Assembly: GCA_045121315.1 (NCBI GenBank)
Contig: JBGVFW010000281.1
Span: 1 to 42,980 of the forward strand
DNA length: 42,980 bases
DNA from: Eubacteriales bacterium
GTDB lineage: Bacteria > Bacillota > Clostridia > Oscillospirales > CAG-272
Direction of reading: 5' to 3'
In this document: one piece after another, positions 1 to 8,919 of the stretch
Layout: each line of letters begins with the position of its first letter
How positions within the stretch are numbered: the first letter of the stretch is position 1
Translations under genes and position numbers: made by a program
Notes under the pieces: model-generated
Told to the model about the DNA's origin: nothing
Seen by the model: only the letters and a program-made list of their open reading frames with translations
Database searches by the model: none

Positions 1-18
1 CAGGTATCAAGCATTGAG

Positions 19-1230
19 TTGCAGGATATTCTGAGCAATATGGCAAAGGGCGTTGATTTTAATGGTAACGATGCGATCGCGGCAAGCACTTCCGCTTATG
101 ATGATTTTGACGGTTCTGCTCCAACAGAGGAGTTGAGAAACGTACAGCCGAACATTTTTCGTTCAAGAGTGGACAATTTGTCCACTTCGGTGCAGTCAAG
201 TAAAATTAGGCGGTCGCGAAAAAACCAATTCAATCCTGTCATAGTTGCTATTGCGGTCGGTGCTGTTGCTATTATGGCGATTGTAGCAGCATTGATAATC
301 AAAGCAGGAAGAAACAGCGTCGCGGACGCGGCAACGCCGGATGAAGCGGTGGTTGTGGAAACAACCACCGCACCATCGTCGAATTCTCAGGGGCTTTACT
401 CAGCAGCGGAGCAGCTTGTTTCCGCTGCGATTGCAGAGCCGACAACGAGTATTCAGACGACAGCGCAGCCTACAACACATAGACCTACCGTCCAACCAAC
501 TACGGAAGTTGTAACGAAAGCGCCGCCAAAAGCGAGCACTGTGGAACGTCCGGAGAATACAGAACAGCAAACGGAAAACCATGCGCCTGAAAGAAGTGCA
601 GTCAGTCAAGAAAGCAAAAGCGATTCAGTAAATAACGGTAACTCAGGAAACGCTGATAACCGTCAAAAGCAGAATAGTTATATTGGCGGAGATCCGATTG
701 TTTCCTATAATGACGGCGGCGGTTATTACAATGCCGGAAACAATGAGGTCAGCAGCGTAAAGCTGTCCTACAGCTCCAAATCAATGAGTGTAGGCGACAC
801 TTTGCAACTGAGCGCAACTGTCAGTCCTGCAACAGCTAATCAGAGCCTTTCATGGAGCACTTCAAATTCTTCCGTTGTCAGTGTCAGCAATGGCTATCTT
901 GTTGCGCACCGTGCCGGTTCCGCAACGATAACCGCGAGAGCCGCAAACGGAAAATCTGCAACATGCTCCATAAAAGTGTCGGCACATGACAACAGCGCCG
1001 ACGTTCATCTTTCGGCAACGGAATACAACGTGTCAACCGGTCAGACTGTCACGATCACGCTTTATGGCGCGAATAGTGTTACATGGAACATGAGTAATAA
1101 TTTGCCGTACATTGTTTCTCATTCGTGCAATCAGCTGTCCCTCCGGGCGAGATCGTCCGGTCAAACTATCGTAACGGCAAAGGACAATCATACAGGCAAA
1201 ATCTATACCTGTACATATAATGTGAAATGA
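19..1230 (+). CDS. Membrane-anchored surface protein with bacterial Ig-like (Big_2-type) repeats; possibly 5'-truncated by the window edge
   Basis: The frame is open back to nt 1. One TM segment (VIVAIAVGAVAIMAIVAALII), an S/T/P-rich linker, then Big_2-like repeats (VGDTLQLSATVSPATANQSLSWSTSNSSVVSVSNGYLVAHRAGSATITA). Confidence 0.6.
   Translation: MQDILSNMAKGVDFNGNDAIAASTSAYDDFDGSAPTEELRNVQPNIFRSRVDNLSTSVQSSKIRRSRKNQFNPVIVAIAVGAVAIMAIVAALIIKAGRNSVADAATPDEAVVVETTTAPSSNSQGLYSAAEQLVSAAIAEPTTSIQTTAQPTTHRPTVQPTTEVVTKAPPKASTVERPENTEQQTENHAPERSAVSQESKSDSVNNGNSGNADNRQKQNSYIGGDPIVSYNDGGGYYNAGNNEVSSVKLSYSSKSMSVGDTLQLSATVSPATANQSLSWSTSNSSVVSVSNGYLVAHRAGSATITARAANGKSATCSIKVSAHDNSADVHLSATEYNVSTGQTVTITLYGANSVTWNMSNNLPYIVSHSCNQLSLRARSSGQTIVTAKDNHTGKIYTCTYNVK
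169..185. repeat. Palindrome copy 1, GTGGACAATTTGTCCAC (17/17)
   Basis: Perfect copy inside ORF 19..1230, read as VDNLST just before the TM segment. Flanked A...T. Confidence 0.95.
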
Positions 1231-1240
1231 GGAAAAAACA

Positions 1241-3343
1241 ATGGTAGTCATTTACGCAGAGAAAGCTAGTCTGGCAAAAGAGATCGCCGGAGCATTGGGA
1301 GCAGGAAAACGAATTGAAAACCCAAAGGACAAGAGAATCGGTCACTGGGAGTTTTCGTTTAACGGTGAGAGCGCCGTTATTGTTCACGGTCAGGGACATT
1401 TGGTAAAGCCGGAGAATCCGGTTGCTTATGGCGCTCAGTTTCAAAAATGGGATTTGCAGGCATATCCCTGTATTCCCGAAACATTCAGGCTTCAGGTCAA
1501 AGCCGACACGGAAGGCTGTTATCTGTACGCTAAACAGTTTTTTGACAAAGCCGATTGGCTGATTAACGCGACGGACGCGGACAGAGAAGGAGAGTTAATC
1601 TTTGCCTACGTCTTTCAGATGATGGGCTGCGTCAAGCCTTGGAAACGTGTGTGGATTGAGGACTTGACGAATGAGAAAATCCGCTATGCTTTTTCTCACC
1701 TCAGAAGCAGCGAGGAAATGCAGGGCTTACAACTTGCCGGACGTGCTCGATCAGCCGCCGATTGGCTGTTTGGCATGAATATCACTGTTGCAATGACGGA
1801 AAAATTCAGCAATCACAACGGCGTTCTCGCTTGCGGCAGAGTGCAAACGCCGACGCTCGCGTTAGTTGTCAACCGTGAGAATGAAATCAAAAATTTTACA
1901 AAAACACCGTTTTACAAAGTGGTCGGCAATTTCTCCGCAGAAAACGGCGATTATAGCGGAGAATATCAAGGTGGCAACCTTGATACCAAAGAACAGGCTG
2001 ACGACGTTCTCAGCAATGCTAAAGGAGAGGGCGTTATCAAGGAGCTGACCGTTAAAGAAAGCAAAGTCAGTGCTCCCCTGCTCCACAACTCAACACAGCT
2101 GCAAGTTGCCTGCGGGAAAAAACTCGGATGGGAGTTAAAAAAGGCAGAACAGGTTATGCAGCAGCTCTATGAAGCGAAGCTCATGACATATCCGCGTACA
2201 AACTCTGAACATCTGACGGTTGCAATGGAATCGGAAATTGCCCGAACGATTGAGAAAATCATGGAGATTTCAGAGTATGCTGAGTATGCTCTGGATAAAG
2301 ATGCCTGGCAAGAGTTTACTAGCCGCCATTTTGATGACAGCAAGGTCGGCTCTCACCCTGCAATCACACCAACGCTTTATGTTCCGAAGTCGCTCGAAGC
2401 GATCGAGGACAAGGATATGAGAGCGTTATATGACCTGCTCTGCAAATCGTTATTGAGAATTGTTTTCCCACCTGCAAAAGTGGAAAACACCAAAGTCGTC
2501 ACGCGTGTCGGCGGCGTGGATTTTATTTCAAAAGGCAGTGTGATCGCATCTCCGGGGTGGTATCAGGTTGACGCTATGCCGGAAAAGAAAAACGTTCTGC
2601 CGATTCTCCATGAAGGTGAAGCAGTTACCGCCGAAATCAGGATTGAGCAAGGCGAAACGAAACCGCCGAAGCGCTACACGGAAACGGAGCTTATCAGCGC
2701 TATGGAGCTTGCCGGACAGAAGCTAGAGGACGAGGAAGCGCGAACGCTGATGAAACTGCAAAAGAAAGGTCTCGGCACTGACGCGACAAGAGTTCCGACC
2801 GTCAAGGTGCTGTTTGCGAGAGACTATATTGCCAAAAAAGGCAAAACTATCTATCCTACTGAAAAGGGCATGTTCTTGATAAACACTTTGCCTGTATCTG
2901 AAATGAAGTCAGCAGAAATGACCGGAGAATTGGAAAAGGAGCTGAACGATATAGCCGAGGGCAGAGCTGATTATCAGCAGTTCATTGATAAGGTCAAAGA
3001 TATAACGCGAAAGTGGTATAAAGCCGTCTGTGACGCGTCCTCAGACGCTTTTGTGGACAAGTCAATGATTTGTCCTTCATGCGGAAAACGACTCGTAAAA
3101 GGCAAAACAAACATCTTTTGCTCAGGATATAAGGATGGCTGCGCGTTCAGTATTCCGTATACGCTCTGCCAAAAGAAACTGACAGACAACCAGATTCAAA
3201 TGCTGATTCATTCTCAGCGCACGAACGTCATCAAGGGCTTTACCTCAAAGGCAGGAAAAACCTTTGACGCTTCGCTGAAAATAAATGACAAAGGCAAAAT
3301 TGAGTTTGTGTTCCCGAACACCAAAAAAGGAAAAAAGAAATGA
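1241..3343 (+). CDS. topB: DNA topoisomerase III
   Basis: 700 aa. Toprim acidic motif NATDADREGE, active-site Tyr context LMTYPRTNSEHL, C-terminal Cys-rich zinc ribbons (CPSCGKRL, CSGYKDGC). SD GAGGA about 7 nt upstream. Confidence 0.9.
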   Translation: MVVIYAEKASLAKEIAGALGAGKRIENPKDKRIGHWEFSFNGESAVIVHGQGHLVKPENPVAYGAQFQKWDLQAYPCIPETFRLQVKADTEGCYLYAKQFFDKADWLINATDADREGELIFAYVFQMMGCVKPWKRVWIEDLTNEKIRYAFSHLRSSEEMQGLQLAGRARSAADWLFGMNITVAMTEKFSNHNGVLACGRVQTPTLALVVNRENEIKNFTKTPFYKVVGNFSAENGDYSGEYQGGNLDTKEQADDVLSNAKGEGVIKELTVKESKVSAPLLHNSTQLQVACGKKLGWELKKAEQVMQQLYEAKLMTYPRTNSEHLTVAMESEIARTIEKIMEISEYAEYALDKDAWQEFTSRHFDDSKVGSHPAITPTLYVPKSLEAIEDKDMRALYDLLCKSLLRIVFPPAKVENTKVVTRVGGVDFISKGSVIASPGWYQVDAMPEKKNVLPILHEGEAVTAEIRIEQGETKPPKRYTETELISAMELAGQKLEDEEARTLMKLQKKGLGTDATRVPTVKVLFARDYIAKKGKTIYPTEKGMFLINTLPVSEMKSAEMTGELEKELNDIAEGRADYQQFIDKVKDITRKWYKAVCDASSDAFVDKSMICPSCGKRLVKGKTNIFCSGYKDGCAFSIPYTLCQKKLTDNQIQMLIHSQRTNVIKGFTSKAGKTFDASLKINDKGKIEFVFPNTKKGKKK

Positions 3344-3642
3344 CAGTATTTATCTGCGCAATCTTCTACGCCTACATTGTTATCGCGGTTAATGTCTACC
3401 GTCAGGAAATTATCGACCGAGCCAATGAGGGATATATCATACACTATAAAGTGAAAGCACCATTACCAATCAAGGCAATGGTGCTTTTTGTTTTAACAGC
3501 GATAGCTGTCAACACGTTCCTATTTGTTGTCGTCGGCAGTGATAAGACAATTCTGATCAATATCCTTCCGGCAATATTTTTTGTCAATCTTTTGTGGCGC
3601 TACCAAAGAAAAATCAAAAAAATCGACAAGGAGAATCGCTGA
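3340..3642 (+). CDS. Small integral membrane protein, unknown function
   Basis: ATGA overlap with the topB stop. About three hydrophobic helices. TGATG overlap with the next gene. Confidence 0.45.
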   Translation: MTVFICAIFYAYIVIAVNVYRQEIIDRANEGYIIHYKVKAPLPIKAMVLFVLTAIAVNTFLFVVVGSDKTILINILPAIFFVNLLWRYQRKIKKIDKENR

Positions 3643-4616
3643 TGTATTACTACAAGAAAAAACAGATGTGGATTTTTACAAATGAAGAAAAGCAAAATGC
3701 GCACAATATCTCAACGATTGATTATTTACAGCGTAATTACGGACTGACGTTCAAGCCGGACGGAAGGGGTTATCGTTGCCGAGAACACAACAGCCTTGTG
3801 GTGAAAGCTGATGAACGGACGTGGTATTGGAACAGCCGGTGTATGGGCGGCGGTGACGTGATTGAGTTTGTCAGAAAAGTGGAGAATGTAACGTATGCAA
3901 AGGCTTTGGAGATTGTCATTAACCCTACGCAGTCAGAACGGCAATCCTATACATTTGCACCGGTTCAGCCTACCGTCACCGAGAGAAAGCCGCTGAATCT
4001 TCCTGCAAAAACGCAGGGGAAATACAAACGTGCGTTTGCATATCTAACGTTGACGCGGTGTCTTGACCCCAAAATAGTCACAACGCTGATGCACAAAAAA
4101 TTCATTTATGAAGATGTAAACGGCAACTGTGTTTTTGTTGGCTACAATAAAGCAGGAAAAGCTGTATACGGCGCAATACGCTCTACCGTAACGAACCGTG
4201 TTTTTCGTTATGACGCAGAGGGTTCCGACAAGGAAAACAGCTTCTATCTCAAGGGATTTAACAAGCAGAGAATATACGTTTTTGAATCTCCGATTGACGC
4301 ATTATCACATGCGACGTTAGCTAATATCGCCGCAGGCAATCCGCGCGAATGGCTGAACGCTACCAGAATTTCCTGCGGCGGCAACAACGACGTTCCCTTG
4401 GAGCGTTTCATCAGCGACTATCCGGAGGTAGAGGAAATCTGCTTTTGCTATGACAACGACAAAGGCGGTCAAAAGGCAAGAGATTTATATATTCCTAAGT
4501 GGGAAGCAAAGGGATTTAAAGTAAGCACGGAAATCCCTGCACACAAAGATTTTAATGAGGATTTGCAAGCGATAGTTCAAAGCAGGCTTATAGCTTCATC
4601 TGTATCAAAAAAGTAA
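3642..4616 (+). CDS. Toprim-domain primase-like protein (DUF3991/Toprim type common on Firmicutes conjugative elements)
   Basis: Start moved to ATG 3642 (SD AAGGAG 7 nt upstream; track start was 3594). Degenerate CHC2-like finger (YRCREHNS...WNSRCMGGGDVIEFV). Toprim Glu (VFESPIDALSH) and DxD (CFCYDNDKGG). Confidence 0.8.
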   Translation: MYYYKKKQMWIFTNEEKQNAHNISTIDYLQRNYGLTFKPDGRGYRCREHNSLVVKADERTWYWNSRCMGGGDVIEFVRKVENVTYAKALEIVINPTQSERQSYTFAPVQPTVTERKPLNLPAKTQGKYKRAFAYLTLTRCLDPKIVTTLMHKKFIYEDVNGNCVFVGYNKAGKAVYGAIRSTVTNRVFRYDAEGSDKENSFYLKGFNKQRIYVFESPIDALSHATLANIAAGNPREWLNATRISCGGNNDVPLERFISDYPEVEEICFCYDNDKGGQKARDLYIPKWEAKGFKVSTEIPAHKDFNEDLQAIVQSRLIASSVSKK

Positions 4617-4629
4617 AGGAAGTGAAACC

Positions 4630-5538
4630 ATGAAGCGCAGACATAACGACCTGTTCAAAATGCCCAACGATATTTTTTCAGCGCCGCTGAACGCGACGGA
4701 GCTGATGGTCTTAGCAGCCGTTTACAGTCTGCGTAGCCGCTCTGTTTACAAGGGCAGGAAATATGTCAAGGTCAATCAAAAAACCATTGCTTCGCTCTGC
4801 GGGCTTAAAACAACTGCAACCGTGAGCAAGGCAATCAACAAGCTGCTCCTGCTTGGATATATTGAACGTATTGACAGATATTATGATGACTATAAAAAGC
4901 TCGGCTCTTTTGTTTACACGATTCCGGTGATCAGAGGTCGGGCTTATTTCTTTGTGAACAGAAGATTTTTCAAGTATCATCTGACTGCGGCGCAGACAAG
5001 AATGTATCTGTACTGCTGTAAGTGCGCTGACAGCCGTTCTAAGCGTTTTTGGAACAGCTATAATGATATTTGCTCTGCTCTGCATTTGAAGCGTTCTGCG
5101 GTCATACAGACTGTGAAAGAGCTTATTGTGCTGGGGCTGTTAAAGAAATACAGGGTGAGAAAAAAAGACGGCAGCTATTCAGACAATCATTACAAGGTAA
5201 TTGCTCTGAAGCCGCCGAGAATAAGAAGAAAAAGAAAAAGGAGAAGCCGTTTAGCCCTCGACTTCTCCCACGCAAATATTACTTGCGTATATTCATCAAT
5301 CAAGTACATATTAAATCATAAATCAAAAAAAGTCAATACCCTACGTATATATTTTTTTGATTTAAGGGGTAGTCCAAAAATATTCAGCTCATTGTTAGTA
5401 CCCACTTTTAATACCAACAGGGAAAGAAAAAGATTACAGCTATACTTAGAGTATAGATGGTACTTAGGGCAAGGTTTTTTAACGAAACTGAAACAACTGC
5501 GCCTTGCTCGAATCCGGGCAAAACCGCCGCCGAGTTGA
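4630..5538 (+). CDS. Winged-helix DNA-binding protein, putative replication initiator; 3' end uncertain
   Basis: Two tandem wHTH-like repeats (LNATELMVLAAVY...TVSKAINKLLLLGYIERI and LTAAQTRMYLYCC...VIQTVKELIVLGLLKKY). After a KRKRR tract at about 5220 the last roughly 90 codons look non-protein-like. Confidence 0.5.
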   Translation: MKRRHNDLFKMPNDIFSAPLNATELMVLAAVYSLRSRSVYKGRKYVKVNQKTIASLCGLKTTATVSKAINKLLLLGYIERIDRYYDDYKKLGSFVYTIPVIRGRAYFFVNRRFFKYHLTAAQTRMYLYCCKCADSRSKRFWNSYNDICSALHLKRSAVIQTVKELIVLGLLKKYRVRKKDGSYSDNHYKVIALKPPRIRRKRKRRSRLALDFSHANITCVYSSIKYILNHKSKKVNTLRIYFFDLRGSPKIFSSLLVPTFNTNRERKRLQLYLEYRWYLGQGFLTKLKQLRLARIRAKPPPS

Positions 5539-5665
5539 GAAAAACGAATCAAATCAAGTCTCGCGCCGCCGGCAGCGCCGCCGAACAACGCCGCGCCAAA
5601 AGCCGCATATCAACTGACTTTTTTCTTTTCTGTTGGAAATCAAAATTCAGAAAGAAGGTTTACAG

Positions 5666-6049
5666 ATGAACATCAATACAAACATCAATACAAACATCAA
5701 TACAATCACCGCCTACTTGTTGGTAAGCAATACCGACGCGGTAGAATTAAAGCAGCAGCTACGCAGCTTTGACGCTTCGGAGGATATGCGCAAGGTTATT
5801 TCGCTGTTATCAGAGGAATGGTATGTGCATAAGCGGCTAAATAACCTGTTCGATTACGCGCTTTTGGGCGTTTCGCCGGACAAATGCGTTTACCATTTCG
5901 AGAATATCAGGAACAACGAACGCTTTGATATATATCTGAACAATTACAACGGCAACGGACAGGACTGTACGTTCGGCTACGTTGACCGCCGCTTTGTCAC
6001 GCACGACGCGGAGAACAGTGACGAAGCAATCAGGAATTATTCGCTGTAA
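5666..6049 (+). CDS. Hypothetical protein with N-terminal (NINT)x3 repeat
   Basis: ATG 5666 with SD GAAGG 7 nt upstream (the track start 5633 is TTG without an SD). 127 aa. Confidence 0.5.
   Translation: MNINTNINTNINTITAYLLVSNTDAVELKQQLRSFDASEDMRKVISLLSEEWYVHKRLNNLFDYALLGVSPDKCVYHFENIRNNERFDIYLNNYNGNGQDCTFGYVDRRFVTHDAENSDEAIRNYSL
5669..5704 (+). repeat. Perfect 3 x 12-bp tandem repeat AACATCAATACA
   Basis: Read directly. Encodes NINT NINT NINT at codons 2-13 of ORF 5666..6049. Confidence 0.95.
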
Positions 6050-6051
6050 AA

Positions 6052-6068
6052 GTGGACAAATTGTCCGA
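6052..6068. repeat. Palindrome copy 2, GTGGACAAATTGTCCGA (15/17)
   Basis: Lies between the stop of 5666..6049 and ATG 6079, abutting the SD GAAGGAG. The track's GTG start at 6052 is the palindrome itself. Confidence 0.8.
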
Positions 6069-6078
6069 AGGAGAAAAT

Positions 6079-6792
6079 ATGCAGTATAAATTTTTTATCA
6101 TTGATAATTTGGAATATTTGGAAGTATGGAAGGACGGACAGTGTATAAACACTATCACGCAGCCGTTTTGCGAAAACGTGCTCAAACTTGTCAATGATGA
6201 CGGTATGTTATCCCGAAGCGAATTAGGCTTGTATGCTCGCAATATCTTCCTGTATTGGGCAGGCGAACAGAAACTTGATGACCGAGCACTGTACACAGCT
6301 ATCTCCTCCTTCTCGCTGCACGTTGCGATGGAGAATAGACAAGGGGAGCTAATCGAGGTTTTATGTCCTGAGCATTTTAATGAAATACTTTTTTACGAGA
6401 TAATCAAGGCTAATCGAAAAATTGCAGACAAACGATTATGGATAATTAGATGCAAAAGGTGTAACAGAATTTTCGCAAACCATAAACAAGGAAGAAGTGT
6501 TTTTTATTGCAATCACAAGGATAGCAACGGATATTCCTGCCACGACATAGTTTTATGCTCTTTCGAGGGTTGGAGTAAATCTGAAGAAGAAAAGAGAATC
6601 CAAAGAACATTTATAAGATATTACAATTCACAGAGAAGAAAACTGCAAAAGCGAGATATTTCAAAAGATCAACTTTCCACATGGTCAAAGATTGCTCGAA
6701 AAGTCCGCGATACTTGTATTGCAGGCGAAATAACGGAAGAAGATTTTATCAAGTGGTTAGACGAAAACAAAGATAACTATACAGAACCATAA
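6079..6792 (+). CDS. Hypothetical zinc-ribbon protein, paralogue A of a tandem pair
   Basis: Start set at ATG 6079 by SD and by alignment with paralogue B (MQYKFFIIDNLEYLEVW vs MYFKFYIIDNLEYLEVW). Contains RCKRCNRIF...YCNHKD...SCHDIV. Confidence 0.7.
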   Translation: MQYKFFIIDNLEYLEVWKDGQCINTITQPFCENVLKLVNDDGMLSRSELGLYARNIFLYWAGEQKLDDRALYTAISSFSLHVAMENRQGELIEVLCPEHFNEILFYEIIKANRKIADKRLWIIRCKRCNRIFANHKQGRSVFYCNHKDSNGYSCHDIVLCSFEGWSKSEEEKRIQRTFIRYYNSQRRKLQKRDISKDQLSTWSKIARKVRDTCIAGEITEEDFIKWLDENKDNYTEP

Positions 6793-6817
6793 ATCAGAGA
6801 AAGCCGGTAAACTGAAA

Positions 6818-7531
6818 ATGTATTTTAAATTTTATATCATAGATAATTTGGAATATTTGGAGGTATGGGAGGACGGAGAGTGTGTAAACACGCTCACACA
6901 GCCTTTTTGCGAAAACGTGCTCAAACTTGTCAATGATGACGGTATGTTATCCCGAAGTGCATTAGGCTTGTATACTCGCAATATCTTCCTGTATTGGGCA
7001 GGCGAACAGGAGCTTGACGACCGAGCACTATACACAGCTATTCCTACGCTGCGCGTAGCGATGGAGAATAGACAAGGTGATCTGATCGAGGTTTTATATC
7101 CCGAACATTTTAGCGACATTGTGTTTTACGTCATTCTAAAGGCACGCCAAAGAATTGCGTACAAAAAATTGTGGGTGATTCGTTGCAAAAGATGTCACAG
7201 GATTTTTGCAAACTTTAAACATGGTCGCAATGTTGTCTACTGCGATTATAAAGATAGTTTTGGAAAATCCTGTCGTGAGATTGTCGCTGAACGAGTAGAT
7301 GGTTGGATGAAATCAGACTATGACCGTAAAATTCAGAAAATATTTGTTAAATATTATAACGAACAGCAGCGCAAAAGAAAGAGAAAGCAGGTGACAACAG
7401 AACAAGTTGCCATTTGGTCAAAAAAAGCCCGTGCCATTCGTGACCAATGTCAAAAAGGCGAAATAACAGAAGAAGATTTTATAAAGTGGTTAGACGAAAA
7501 CAAAGAAAATTATAACGGACAAATAACATAA
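6818..7531 (+). CDS. Hypothetical zinc-ribbon protein, paralogue B of a tandem pair
   Basis: 237 aa and collinear with 6079..6792. The N-terminal roughly 70 aa and the C-terminal GEITEEDFIKWLDENK are nearly identical even at nucleotide level. Confidence 0.7.
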   Translation: MYFKFYIIDNLEYLEVWEDGECVNTLTQPFCENVLKLVNDDGMLSRSALGLYTRNIFLYWAGEQELDDRALYTAIPTLRVAMENRQGDLIEVLYPEHFSDIVFYVILKARQRIAYKKLWVIRCKRCHRIFANFKHGRNVVYCDYKDSFGKSCREIVAERVDGWMKSDYDRKIQKIFVKYYNEQQRKRKRKQVTTEQVAIWSKKARAIRDQCQKGEITEEDFIKWLDENKENYNGQIT

Positions 7532-7572
7532 GCTGTGAAACGAAATGGAAAAGTTTGTTTCACAGCTTTTTC
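7530..7572 (+). terminator. Rho-independent terminator (AAGCTGTGAAAC / GTTTCACAGCTT stem + T-run)
   Basis: 12-bp stem followed by TTTTT, immediately after stop 7531. Homologous to the hairpin at 9190..9234. Confidence 0.65.
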
Positions 7573-7575
7573 TAT

Positions 7576-7592
7576 GTGGACAAATTGTCCAC
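7576..7592. repeat. Palindrome copy 3, GTGGACAAATTGTCCAC (17/17)
   Basis: 4 nt after the terminator T-run and upstream of ORF 7643..7945. Confidence 0.95.
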
Positions 7593-7642
7593 TTGCAACA
7601 TAGACAAAATATAACCCAAATGATATAATGGAGGAAAATGTA

Positions 7643-7945
7643 ATGAAAGAAAAAGAACTAAAAGAAATATTTTTTAACAGAGCAGAGGTTGAAAATGCCG
7701 AACAGATTGTGTGTGACAACTGTTTTGAGGAAATCGTGTATATGCTGCGTGACAGTCATGGTCAGGAATTTTCATTAGGACTGACAACAGTTTTGGAGTG
7801 CATTGCTTTTGCAATCAGCGAGGGTAATCTTCCCAAACTTCCGATAAGCTGGCTTAGCGATGTGGATCACGCTTACGGAACGGCATTTTCTGAAAATGAA
7901 GAAATCCATTATTCAGATAATAGATTTTTAAGGGAATTACAATGA
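7643..7945 (+). CDS. Hypothetical acidic protein
   Basis: ATG 7643 with SD GGAGGA 6 nt upstream (the track start 7628 has no SD). ATGA overlap with the next ORF. Confidence 0.5.
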   Translation: MKEKELKEIFFNRAEVENAEQIVCDNCFEEIVYMLRDSHGQEFSLGLTTVLECIAFAISEGNLPKLPISWLSDVDHAYGTAFSENEEIHYSDNRFLRELQ

Positions 7946-8874
7946 AATACTTCAAAATAAAATCATCTCGATTGGCTGAAAGATACGAAATCACTCCGAA
8001 AATTTTCAATGAAGAAATCACTCCGAAAATTTTCAATGAAGTCACGGAACATAAATACCCTTTTGAAAAGGTACATTCTGATAAATCTGTTTCGCAGTAC
8101 GCAATATGCCCTTCTTGCTTAAACCCTATTCAAATTATTGGAATAGCCAAAAGAACAACCGTCGCTCCTTATGGTAGGCACACAGGAAAAACTGTAGACG
8201 GACTTGCCGCTTGGAATCAAAACAAATACAATTATTGTCCTTATGCCGTTCATCAGATGCGCAGAGAAATAGATGAAGATGAATTACTGCCTGAAATTAC
8301 CGAGGATATTGTTGAGTTATATGAACTGCTCAAATGTCAATTTGACAGGACGGTGTATATTATTTCTAAAGCATTGGATATTAGATGCTCTACTAATTTC
8401 TGGTCGAATGTTTTAAAACAGTATTTGGTAAATAAATATTACTGTTCACCGAGATTAACCGAAGTGAATTTACCGTATCTTTTTGCGTATTTCGGAATGT
8501 GTCATAACAATCCGTTCGGTCAGTCTGTAAAAAAAGAATCCGAACTATATTTTGTGCTAAAAAGTCATAAAAGCGTCAACCTTAGCATTTCTGATAAAAA
8601 TAATCCGGATTATGCTGTTATTAGGGGAAATAAGTTTTTTAGGTTTGAGTTTAGATTTGCCAAATATGGTTTTCGTGCTGACGATGGTAATGTATTAAAA
8701 GAATCAATGTGGTTTTATATAGATGACCTAATAAACCGTAAAACTATTTATGAGAAGCCGATAGAATTTGATGAAACCTATTTTATGAATCTCATTAACA
8801 GCGACAAAAGTAAGAAATGTAGAAATCAACGCTTGCTTGATATTGCAGAAGATTTAATGCCGCCTTTGCGTTGA
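7942..8874 (+). CDS. Hypothetical protein with Cys motifs (CPSC...YNYCPY), unknown function
   Basis: 310-aa ORF translationally coupled to 7643..7945. Contains an in-frame perfect 27-bp duplication. No family recognised. Confidence 0.6.
   Translation: MKYFKIKSSRLAERYEITPKIFNEEITPKIFNEVTEHKYPFEKVHSDKSVSQYAICPSCLNPIQIIGIAKRTTVAPYGRHTGKTVDGLAAWNQNKYNYCPYAVHQMRREIDEDELLPEITEDIVELYELLKCQFDRTVYIISKALDIRCSTNFWSNVLKQYLVNKYYCSPRLTEVNLPYLFAYFGMCHNNPFGQSVKKESELYFVLKSHKSVNLSISDKNNPDYAVIRGNKFFRFEFRFAKYGFRADDGNVLKESMWFYIDDLINRKTIYEKPIEFDETYFMNLINSDKSKKCRNQRLLDIAEDLMPPLR
7987..8040 (+). repeat. Perfect 2 x 27-bp tandem duplication (GAAATCACTCCGAAAATTTTCAATGAA)
   Basis: Read directly. Duplicates EITPKIFNE in ORF 7942..8874. 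Confidence 0.95.
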
Positions 8875-8885
8875 ATAGAAAATTG

Positions 8886-8913
8886 TTGACAATTGCGTAT
8901 TATTAAGTATAAT
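8886..8913 (+). promoter_or_regulatory. Near-consensus sigma-70/SigA-type promoter
   Basis: TTGACA (8886-8891), 16-nt spacer, TATAAT (8908-8913). The -35 lies in the small palindrome AATTGTTGACAATT. No ORF follows. Confidence 0.6.
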
Positions 8914-8919
8914 AATATA

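Noticed and set aside
3053-3077. Split palindrome-like GTGGACAA-gtcaatga-TTTGTCC inside topB. Also GTGGACAAACGCATCCAC at 37371..37388, and isolated GTGGACAA half-sites at about 16885, 17149 and 26697.
   Set aside because: They have the wrong spacing or only one arm. Single 8-mers are expected by chance in 43 kb, so they are not counted among the 18 copies.
5070-5321. 83-aa alternative-frame ORF as a separate gene.
   Set aside because: It lies entirely within the Rep-like ORF. It is only relevant as a possible indication of a frameshift near the A-rich tract and is not supported as an independent gene.
7530-7568. Chromosomal-type parS (TGTTNCACGTGAAACA) in the terminator stems GTGAAAC...GTTTCAC (also at 9190..9229).
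   Set aside because: The half-sites are in the wrong order and separated by a 15-nt loop. The structure plus T-run is better explained as an intrinsic terminator.
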